Shown in pieces: positions 1 to 8,900 of a stretch of DNA of 36,179 nt. The DNA is from a virus (taxonomy: Duplodnaviria > Caudoviricetes). The DNA lies in IMG/VR virus record IMGVR_UViG_3300014862_000004, positions 1 through 36,179 of that record; one strand, given 5' to 3'. Each line of letters starts with the position of its first letter. The first letter of the stretch is position 1. Under the pieces are notes generated by a model, which saw only the letters and a program-made list of their open reading frames with translations, was not told the DNA's origin and made no database searches. Both the position numbers and the translations under genes were made by a program.

Positions 1-1
1 A

Positions 2-370
2 CGACGAGAACGAGCGAAAGCAGCGACCGAAGGACCGTGGGCCATCGATCACGACGGCGAGGACTGGTGGCTCCTCGGCGGCGGTGTGGAGCGAAGCGCC
101 GAGGAGTACGGCATCGCCAGCAGTTTCGAGCTCAACCGTCACGCCGAGGCCGACATCCGGTTCATCGCTGCCGAGTCTCCCGATGCTGTCCTCCGTCAGT
201 GCGCCCGAGACCTGCGGGTCCTCGAACGGCACGAGCCGGATGTCGAGGGCTTGTGCTGGCACTCCGGTGGCGTGATCGAGTTCTGGCCGTGTGACGAGGT
301 CCGTGACTTGGCCGAGGCGTACGGGCTTGCCGCCGGGCTTGGGGTAGAGGCTGAAGGGAACCAACCATGA
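2..370 (+). CDS. DUF6221-like actinophage protein, 5'-truncated by the window
   Basis: The frame is open from base 2: RAKAATEGPW...RFIAAESPDAVLRQCARDLRVLERH...WPCDEVRDLAEAY, resembling the ATxGPW / PxxVLR / WPCxxxxxLAxxY pattern of DUF6221. Confidence 0.65.
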   Translation, partial: RRERAKAATEGPWAIDHDGEDWWLLGGGVERSAEEYGIASSFELNRHAEADIRFIAAESPDAVLRQCARDLRVLERHEPDVEGLCWHSGGVIEFWPCDEVRDLAEAYGLAAGLGVEAEGNQP

Positions 371-684
371 GCGCGGCAGCTGAGTGGGCCAAGATCCTCG
401 GCTGGGCTGCACTGATCTGCTACCTCGCGTATGGCGCGGTCCAGATCTACCGCGCCGGCCGGAAGGCAAGGGCCAAGGTGGCGGCCGCATACGAGGCCAA
501 GGGCTACGCGCGGGCGGTCGCGAACCTGCGCGACAACAACCGCCTCAGGGAGTGGATCCTCAACCGCCTCGCGGCCGCCATCGACCGGCCCTGGCCGGAG
601 AACGAGTACCCACCTAGCGCCGAGTACGCCGACTACCTCGAAGCCGTGGCTACTCAGACACCAGGAGAGACCCATGCGCGGTAA
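367..684 (+). CDS. small membrane protein, hypothetical
   Basis: ATGA overlap with the upstream stop; N-terminal hydrophobic helix (ILGWAALICYLAYGAVQIY). Confidence 0.7.
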   Translation: MSAAAEWAKILGWAALICYLAYGAVQIYRAGRKARAKVAAAYEAKGYARAVANLRDNNRLREWILNRLAAAIDRPWPENEYPPSAEYADYLEAVATQTPGETHAR

Positions 685-863
685 ACCACTGACCGAGGTC
701 GAGTGGGACGACCGGATGGTCGCCTATGACTTCCCGCTGCGCCCGGATCTCTTGGCGCGCATTGTCCTGCCCTTCCGGTTGACCGAACGGGACGCGAAGC
801 GCGTCGAAGCATTCGTGGCAGCGCTCGCGATCGATGACATCCCGGCGACACCAGGAGAGACCC
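657..863 (+). repeat. 17-bp direct repeat GACACCAGGAGAGACCC (657-673 and 847-863) at gene junctions
   Basis: Two identical copies, each holding the RBS of the next gene and encoding TPGET at the end of the previous one. Confidence 0.8.
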
Positions 864-868
864 CGTGA
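674..868 (+). CDS. hypothetical phage protein (64 aa)
   Basis: AGGAGA RBS before ATG 674; reads MRGKPLTEVEW...YDFPLRPDLLARIVLPFRLTERDAKRVEAFVAAL. This is the 3' part of ORF 431..868. Confidence 0.7.
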   Translation: MRGKPLTEVEWDDRMVAYDFPLRPDLLARIVLPFRLTERDAKRVEAFVAALAIDDIPATPGETP

Positions 869-1038
869 CCGACCTACGTGATCGATTGGTCTGGATGAAA
901 CTGGCTGGCGCCAAAGTCGATGGCGGCTACCGGTTCCGCACCAACGAAGGAGCGGCGGACGCGGCCGAAGCTATCGTCGCGGACTGGCTCCGATCCGAGG
1001 CCGAGGAGCCGGCCAAGATCACTGGGGAGTCTCCATGA
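865..1038 (+). CDS. hypothetical protein (57 aa)
   Basis: GTGA overlap and AGGAGA RBS; reads VTDLRDRLVWMKLAGAKVDGG...KITGESP. Below the ORF-track length cutoff. Confidence 0.6.
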   Translation: MTDLRDRLVWMKLAGAKVDGGYRFRTNEGAADAAEAIVADWLRSEAEEPAKITGESP

Positions 1039-1142
1039 GTACCGACCTGAGCGCCGAAGGAATCGCCACCGGCCGTCCGGGTGCACTGTGGGCGATCACG
1101 TCCGGCGCGTACAGCGACTGGAACGTGAATGCCTGTGGATAA
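1035..1142 (+). pseudogene. short or truncated ORF (35 aa)
   Basis: ATGA overlap and GGGGAG RBS; LWAITSGAYSDWNV looks like the start of a longer phage protein; the stop codon lies inside a DnaA-box-like 9-mer. Confidence 0.35.
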
Positions 1143-1153
1143 CCTGTGGATAG
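1134..1153. promoter_or_regulatory. tandem DnaA-box-like sites
   Basis: TGTGGATAA (1134-1142, exact reverse complement of TTATCCACA) and TGTGGATAG (1145-1153), 2 nt apart. Confidence 0.5.
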
Positions 1154-1166
1154 GGAGGTGAAGAAC

Positions 1167-1250
1167 ATGAGCGAGCCCGTGAGCACTGAGAACGTCGAGG
1201 TCGTCGAGGAGACCGAAGAGGTCGAGACCGCCGACGCCGAGGTCGAGTAG
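1167..1250 (+). CDS. 27-aa highly acidic peptide
   Basis: GGAGGTG RBS; MSEPVSTENVEVVEETEEVETADAEVE; GC-ending codons; followed by a hairpin at 1260-1287. Confidence 0.55.
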   Translation: MSEPVSTENVEVVEETEEVETADAEVE

Positions 1251-1350
1251 CCTCCCCCTGGCCGGCGCAGCCCCCTGCGTCCCGGCCCACAGCACCGCCG
1301 AGATGTTCCGGTACTCCCATGCCGGCCTCGGCGGTGCTGTCGTGTTCAGA

Positions 1351-1377
1351 CGATCTCCGTCTACGATGGGCGCAACG
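1351..1377 (+). promoter_or_regulatory. putative late promoter motif (copy 1)
   Basis: CCGTCTACGATG at 1357-1368 (contains TACGAT, a TANNNT -10 match); the same 12-mer precedes the major capsid gene. Confidence 0.55.
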
Positions 1378-1398
1378 GCGAGATCACGGGGGTGAGCG

Positions 1399-2979
1399 AT
1401 GCCGCAGAGCCTGCGCCTGCCGGGTCTCGCTGCCACGCCCATGCGCGCCGTGGACACCGGCACGATCGTCGCCGCCGCCCAGGCCTACACGCCCAGCGAG
1501 TGGCGCAACGCCCAGGTGTTCGGCGGAAACAACCCCTGGGAGAACGAGGCCTGGGGGTTCTGGGACACCCTCGGCGAGTTCTACCAGGCCGTGGACTGGC
1601 AGAGCCGGGCCATGTCGCGGATCCGGCTCGGCGCGGCCGAGGTGGTGCCCGGCGGGGATGAGCCGGAGATGCTCACCGAGGGCCCGGCCGCCGACCTCAT
1701 GGACGCGTTCTGCGGCGGCACGCCGGGCCACTCCGCGTTCCTGCGGGCCATCTCGCCGCAGCTGCTTGTGCCCGGCCAGGGCTGGCTGATCGCCGAGCGC
1801 GAGGACGAGCGTCAGCCGCTGGCGACCGCCGACTGGGGCGTGTACTCCATGGACTGCGTGCAGGGCATGGGCGGCACGTTCCAGGTGCGGGTCGGCCCGG
1901 GCGCGTGGCGCTACCTGGCCCCGGACAACCTGCCGATGCGCATCTACAACCCGCATCCGCGCTGGCCGTGGCTGGCCACCAGCTCCGCGCAGGCCGCCCT
2001 GCCGATCATGCGCCGCATCCACCTGATCGACTCGCGCATCGTCGCCATGATGGTCAGCCGGCTGGCCATGAACGGGCTCCTGCTCATCCCGCAGGAAGGC
2101 ACGTTCGCCGTCCCGCCGCAATACAAGGACGCGCCGGATCCGTTCGTCGCCATGCTCATCGACATCGCGTCGAAGAACATCGCCAACCCCGGGCAGGCCT
2201 CCGCCGGCATCCCCATCCCGGTTCGCTTCACCGAGACATTGATCGACAAGTGGAAGTTGCTCAAGCAGGACGACCCGCTTGACGAGTGGCTGCTCAAGGA
2301 GCGCATCGACGAGCTCGGTCGGCTCGGTGACACGCTGGGCATCGCCCGCGAGCGGGTGTCCGGCGGCATGGGCCAGCAGAACCACTGGAACGCGTGGCAG
2401 GTCTCCGAGGAAGAGGTCAACCTCGCGTTCTCGCCGCTGGCCGAGGTGATCTGCGGGGCGGTGACCAAGGCCTTCCTGGCACCGATGCTGCGCATGACCG
2501 GTCAGAGCCTGCTCGGGCCGCGGGGCGGCAAGCTGATCGCCTGGTACGACGTCAGCGAGCTGGCGGCGCGGCCGGACAACTCGGCCAACATCCGCCAGGC
2601 CTACGTGGACGGCGTGGTCAACGAGGACGCCTACCGCCGCGAGATCGGCGCCGGGGAGGCCGACGCGCCCAGCGAAGAGGACACCGCGACCTGGGCGTAT
2701 AAGCGCATGGTCGCCGCCGGCACCGCGGACGCCGCGGCGGGCCTGGCGGGCTTGCAGGGCGAGGCGCCACCTGCACCGACTCCGGCGGCCGGGGCCGCGC
2801 TGGTGCCAGCTGCATCTGGCCCGGCGACGAGTGAAGTGCTTGCTCCGGCCCCTGCCGCCGGCCTTCCGCCCACCAGGGCCACGCCGCCGCCGGCCCCCAC
2901 CGGCCCGCCGGCCATGGCCGCGTCCGCCGCCCCGCGCCCACCCCGGCGGTACAACGGCGCCCACGTCGCCAAGCGGTAG
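1399..2979 (+). CDS. portal protein
   Basis: 526 aa; WENEAWGFWDTLGEF...W.SRAMSRIRL and NHWNAWQV motifs resemble cluster-B-type portals; first gene of the head module; GGGGGTGA RBS. Confidence 0.8.
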   Translation: MPQSLRLPGLAATPMRAVDTGTIVAAAQAYTPSEWRNAQVFGGNNPWENEAWGFWDTLGEFYQAVDWQSRAMSRIRLGAAEVVPGGDEPEMLTEGPAADLMDAFCGGTPGHSAFLRAISPQLLVPGQGWLIAEREDERQPLATADWGVYSMDCVQGMGGTFQVRVGPGAWRYLAPDNLPMRIYNPHPRWPWLATSSAQAALPIMRRIHLIDSRIVAMMVSRLAMNGLLLIPQEGTFAVPPQYKDAPDPFVAMLIDIASKNIANPGQASAGIPIPVRFTETLIDKWKLLKQDDPLDEWLLKERIDELGRLGDTLGIARERVSGGMGQQNHWNAWQVSEEEVNLAFSPLAEVICGAVTKAFLAPMLRMTGQSLLGPRGGKLIAWYDVSELAARPDNSANIRQAYVDGVVNEDAYRREIGAGEADAPSEEDTATWAYKRMVAAGTADAAAGLAGLQGEAPPAPTPAAGAALVPAASGPATSEVLAPAPAAGLPPTRATPPPAPTGPPAMAASAAPRPPRRYNGAHVAKR

Positions 2980-2985
2980 GCCGCG

Positions 2986-5900
2986 GTGCGGCGCGTCACC
3001 GGGCTGCCCGACGACCAGGTGGTGGCCTGGGAATCCAAGTTCGAAGCTCAGGTGGTCGCCTCGTTGCAGGCGGTCATGGACAAGATCGCGTCCCGCATCG
3101 AGAAGATCCAGGTAGCCTCGGGATTGTCCACTGTGGAGCGTGTAGAGCGGGTAGTCACCGGACGTACCCTGTTGGGGCATAACGATAGTTGCTCTCCGGA
3201 TAGACCACAGTGGACACTCGTGGCCGTGGCCACGACCGGGCCAACCGGGGATGACGACCCGCCGCCGATGACCGGCGAGCTGGCCATCCCGGAGCCGACG
3301 CCACTGCCCGCCGTGCTGCCGGAGACCCCGGGCCTGCCGCCCGGCCAGCCCTACATCTCCCCTGACGACCTGGCCTCGATCGCGCCGCTGTGGCAGCAGG
3401 CGGTCGCCGAGCAGGTGCTGCCGCTGGTCGCCCAGGTGTTCATCGACTCGGCCGGCCACGTCCGATCCCAGTTCCTCGAGGCGGTGGCGCCCGGCGTGCA
3501 GCTCGGCCTGCCCGGCCTGGGGTCGGTGGCCGCCGAGGCGTACCTGGCCCAGGCCCGCAATACCTACGAGCAGGTCGGTGACCACCTCTGGGCGACCGCC
3601 CGCGCGCAGCTCTCCGAGGGCTTTGACGCCGGGGAGTCCATCCCGCAGCTGGCCGCGCGGCTGCGCCAGAGCGCCGGCCTGTCGGCGCGGACCGCGGTGA
3701 TGGTGGCCCGCACGTCAGTGATCGAGGCCAGCAACGCCGGGTCGATGGCCATGGCCCGGGTGTCCGGTATTACCGGAATGCGTAAGTCGTGGCAGGCTAC
3801 GAACGATCGCCGGACTCGGCCTGCGCACCTCGACGCCGAGGCCCGCTACGAGGCCGATCCGATTCCACTCAACGAGCCGTTCATTGTCGGCGGCTACCCG
3901 GCAGACTACCCGGCCGCGGACACCCTGCCGCCTTCGATGAGGTATCGGTGTCGTTGCACAACCTTGTACCTTATGCCCGACCAGCAGCCCGCCGCCCAGC
4001 CCCAGTTGCCCGGCACGTCGGCGCCACCGGCCATCACACGTACGAAGGATCTCGAACCCGGCGAAGAGGGTCCGCTGACGGTTCTCTACCCCAAGACGCC
4101 GGGCGAGCCCGGGTTCGACCTGGCCGACTTCCCGGAGCCACCGCCGGTCAAGGTCCGGTCCTCGCTACTGCGGGCCCGGACCGACCGGGAGCTGATCGCG
4201 GCCTGGCAGGGCGAGATGCGGGCCATCACCGGCCGCGACATCATCGTGCAGTTGCCGCCGGACGCGTCGGTGCTGACGATGCGCGAGCACGCCGAGGGCG
4301 TCCTGCAGATGCTTGAGCGCTTTCCTGAGGCGCGGCTGCGCAAGATTTCCTGGTATGACCAGGGCAGCCCCGAGTACGCCCACGTCAAGACCGGCACGGC
4401 GACGCTGGAGTTCAACGCCCGCTGGGCCAGCACCGCCCAGCGCCGCGCCTACCTGGCCCAGCTGCGCCACGACGTGTCGGGCTGGGACGACGCGGCCGGG
4501 CCGGGGTACGGCTGGTCGGTGCGGGGCGGCCGGATGCCGCAGGCCACCTCGTGGCACGAGATGGCGCACATCCTGTCGATCGAGACGCTGGGCGGCAAGC
4601 TCAAGGCCGAGGCCATGCGGATCACGCTGCGCCGGCAGGTCGCCGACGCCCTGCCCGACATGGAGTCGATCGTCCGGCGCGACGTGTCCGGGTACGCGAC
4701 GAAGAACATGGAGGAGCTGATCGCCGAGGCCGTGACCGACGTCATGGCCAACGGTCCGCGGGCCTCCCTGCTCAGCCGCGAGCTCTACGACATGGTGGCC
4801 CGCGAGTACCGGGCCAAGGGCTTCGCCGTCCGGACCGTCGACATCCCGGAGGGTGAGGCCGGCTTCGAGTCCTTCACTCGCATCCCCGAGGGCGAGGTCT
4901 TCCCGAAGGCGCCCGCGCCCAGGCAGAGGCGTGTGCCCGTCGCGGTCGGCAGGGACCTGACGGATGATCACGACCTGGCCGTGCGGTCCGAACGTGAGGC
5001 CGAGCGCGAACGGGCGCTGCCGACCGACGCCATGGGTCGCACGCAACTCCCCGAGGGCTACCAGGGGGACTACGCCTTTCAGGAGTTGGCCAAGGCGCAG
5101 GGGTTCAACGGCCTGCCGCGCATCGTGGCTGACGACGGGCAGTGGCAGGCGCTGCTCGATGCCGACTATGTACCGCTCTATCGCGGACACGGGTGGGCCG
5201 GTGGCGATGGGGTTGGCCAGGTCGACGCGTTCAACTACGGCGAACGGTACGTCGGCGGCGGCTTCGCGCCGGGCAACAATATGTCGACTCGCTATGAGAC
5301 CGCGCTGCACTACGCGGATGGCCACAGTGCGGCGGTCGGCCACTACGCATTGCCGACCAATGCGAGAGTGATCAGTTACCCCGATCTGGTTGCCGAGCGT
5401 GACGCCTACATCGCACGACTCCCCGCGGGCGGGGCCGGCGACGTGGAGCGGTCGCTGTACCTGACCGCCGACGAGAACCTCGGTCTCGGTCGGTTCGGGG
5501 TGGTCCGGGGGTATGACGCGATGGTCGTCCCACGCGGCGAGTCGTTGCTCACCGATCGGGTCGAAGAGTGGGTGATCTTCAACCGGACCAAGTTGGTTGC
5601 CTACGACGACAGCGCGAAGGGCGTCTCGGCAGCCCGTGCTGGCGGCAAGGTCACTCCGGCGAAGATGACCGCCACCGAACGTGCCCGACGCGAGAAGGAT
5701 GCCGCGATCGTCAGCGCGCGTCAGGTTGGCCACCTGACGCGCGAGCTTGACCAGATGATTGCCGAAGGCGGCGAGGAGGCATTCCGGTCTGGCGCCCTGT
5801 TTCGGCGCATTCAGGCCAAGGGCTCCGAGCTCGGAACGCCTCCCGCCATCATGCGCGAGTTCATCGCGGCGGCCCGGCCGAGCGAGAAGGGTTCCAGTCT

Positions 5901-8900
5901 CGCCGGCCTACGGGCGGCGATGGAGCGCGCCAACGCACAGGCCGGCGTCACGCGCATTGGCACTCCGGGCGAGGTGTGGCGTTTCGACGGGCGCCGCGAT
6001 GACCCGACGGGCGCCGTCCGCGACATCGCTGAAGGCACTCCGGTCGTAGTGCTGCGTCCCGGCTCACTGATTGAGTACAAGGGCAAGCTACTTCAGGTCG
6101 CCCCGCCGCGCGTTCGCCCCGCCACTCCGAGCGAGATTGTCGCCGCCGAGCGTGCGACTCCGCCACCTCCCGTCGCCGCGGTTGCTCCGACTTCGGCCCG
6201 CCTGGCCACCATGAAGATCGGCGAGCTGCGGGCGCTGGCCAAGGAGCGCGGCATCACCGTGCCAGCCGGCACGCGCAAGGCCGACCTGGTCCGCACGCTC
6301 GACGAGGCGCCCGCACCGGCCCCCGCGCCCGCCCCGCTGGACGTCTCCGCCGCGGCTCAGGGCGGGGCGGCGCTGCGGGCGTCGCAGAGCGTTCAGCGGG
6401 TCATTCTTCAGGCCGCGAACAAGCGCGGCCCCGACGGCATCCGGGCCCGCGAGATCCAGCGTTTCGAGAACGCCATGTACGACCGCGAGACCGGGTACGC
6501 CGGCTCTGGGTTCTTCCGGGTCAACCGCGGGTTGCAGGAAGCTGGCGACGGGCCGGTCCCCGCCGAGTTCGCTGAGCAGATCGCCGACGTCGACCGGGTC
6601 ATCAGGCTCGGGTCGCTGACCGATGACGCTGTGCTGTACCGCGGACTGTCCGCGCCGGAGCGCTTCCTCGGTCGGCCACTGCGTCCTGGCGACGAGTTCA
6701 CCGAGCACGGCTACAGCTCCACCTCGGTCGACGAGGTCCACGCCACCGACTTCGCCCGAGGCCGCTCCGCCATGGATCGCCCGGGCGAGCGCCCGGAGAA
6801 TCCGACCGTCCTGCGCCTGGTCGCGCCGAGGGGACAGTCGGCCGTTCAGATCTCAGATCTGACCTTCCCCGGCGTCGGCGAGGTGCTTCTACCGCGCGGC
6901 CTGTCCTACCGGGTCCTCGCCGACCGCGGCGTCGTGGACGGCGTCCGTCAACTCGACGTCGAGCTCATTCCGAAGGCGCGCCGGACGATCCCGGACGTCG
7001 CCGGACAGATCCGGGCGCCCGCCCCGGTCGGTAGCGCTGCCCTACCCGCGCGGGTGGTGGCGGCCCGGGCCGAGTTGGCGCGGATCGTCGAGGGCCCGGT
7101 GGTGCGTGAGCCGTACTCGGTCGGCGGGGCGTCGGCGAAGAATCGGCGCACCGGGTACGCGGGTGGCGACGTCATCGAGAAGGACTACACCCGCGGCACG
7201 AAGGCGGCCGGCGTGCGTGACGCCGACGCCGAGGAGCTCGGCGCGCTGGTCATGGACGCGCTCGACGTGCCTACCCAGACCGTCCTGCGCGCCGGCCCGC
7301 AGCGCGTCCTCGTCTCGGTGCTGGAGGGCGAGCACCCCGGAGACATCGGCTCACTGGCCCCCGGTGCGGCGCGGCGCGAGTTGGCCGACACCGACGGCGG
7401 GCGGCTGCTCGGGCTGGGCGACGTGCTCATCGGCAACTCGGACCGACGCCGCAACTGGGTACGGCTACCCGATGGTCGGCCGGCCTCCTACGATCTGGGT
7501 GGCGCGTTCCGGGCGCCGAAGCTGGCCGCCGCAGCCGACCCGGAGGGGCTGTTCGCCCACCACTTCGCCACGACGGCCGGGAAGGCCTGGGCGCCCAACG
7601 ACATGGCCCCGGCTGATCTGGCGCTGATCCGGACGCGCCTCGAAGCGCTTCGGCCGGAGTTCGAGCGGCTCAAGCGCGGGACCTGGTTCAATCAGATGAT
7701 GGCCCGCCTGGCCGAGATCGAGAAGCGGGCCACCGGCACGCGGTCGCGGCTGGGCGAGTCCGCTACCGAGGCACTGAGTGGCGAGTCTCGCGCGGTGACG
7801 CGGCAGGCGGTCATCGACGAGCGCCGTGCCGTGGCCGACTCGCTGGGCGAGGTGCGCGAGTTGCTGGCCAACGGGGCGAGCGAGCGGGCACTGGCGTCGC
7901 GGGCGCGACTGATCGCGGGGCGGACGACCGGGGCGGCCTCGAAGGATCTGGCCGGCGTGGTGCGGGCCATGGAGTCCGGCGACGCCGACCGCATCCGGGT
8001 GGCGCTGGGTGACGTGGCGCAGCGGCGCGGCCTGACCGAGGTGGGCCCGGGCGGCGACGTCGTGCCGTTCGACCCGAAGATCCACGAGCTGGTGGGCGGG
8101 GCGCGCCGGCCGCCGGCCGGCACTTTCGTGCAGGTCCAGCGGCCCGGCTACTCGGTACGCCTGGATGACGGCGAGGTCGTCCAGCTGTCCAAGGCCAAGG
8201 TCGACACGCTCACCGTCGAGGAGATCGCGGAGCGCACCGCGGTCCAGGAGCGCAAGGCGCTGCGCGAGGCGGCCCGCGAGCGCAACCGCGTCATCGAGGC
8301 TCAGCGCGGCACAGCACGTCTGCTGGCCGAGGTCGACGAGCTGGCGGCCAAGGGCGCCAGCAAGACGGCCATCCGCGAGCGCCTCGATCCTGCCCTGCGC
8401 GAAGCCGGGCAGGCCTACGCCGGGGCCGACGCGGCCGTCGTCGACACGATCTCGGCCGCCCTGGACTCCGGCGACACGGCCAAGATCCGGGCCTCGGTGA
8501 CCCGCGCCAGCACCAAGGCGAAGATCAAGCCAATCGGGCGGGCCGGCGCGAAGACCACCTTCGACCCGGACACCATGGAAGGCGTCGGCGGCATCGACAT
8601 CGCCCCCGGCGCCAAGGTCACCGTCGTGCGCCGCGGCTCCACCGTGCCGGGCCTCACCGACCCCCTCGCCAAGGCTCAGGTGACGCCGGTCGCCAAGCTC
8701 GCGCCGAAACCGCGGAGAATGACCGCAGCCCAGTTCGACCGCAAGCTGGCGGCGGCCCGATCGGGCCGCGAGGCTCTCGACTCGGCTCCCATCGACGCCG
8801 CAAGGGGCAGCCGCGGAGAAAATCCCCCACCGATCCCGGGGGTGACGGAGGCGCAGCAGCGGGCACTTATCTCCTACCGGGGCCACGGTTTCGGGCCGAT

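Noticed and set aside
1-1398. Absence of a terminase next to the portal as a sign of a defective or GTA-like element
   Set aside because: The window starts mid-gene, and the terminase can be separated from the portal by accessory genes; it may lie upstream.
1384-3585. 733-aa minus-strand ORF, and similar long antisense ORFs (4165-5733, 7465-9024, 9201-10577, 11904-14474, 14281-16287, 19899-21188, 20326-22005, 22662-24314, 30653-31957)
   Set aside because: Shadow frames of high-GC plus-strand genes; low-complexity translations with no recognisable motifs, overlapping well-supported CDSs.
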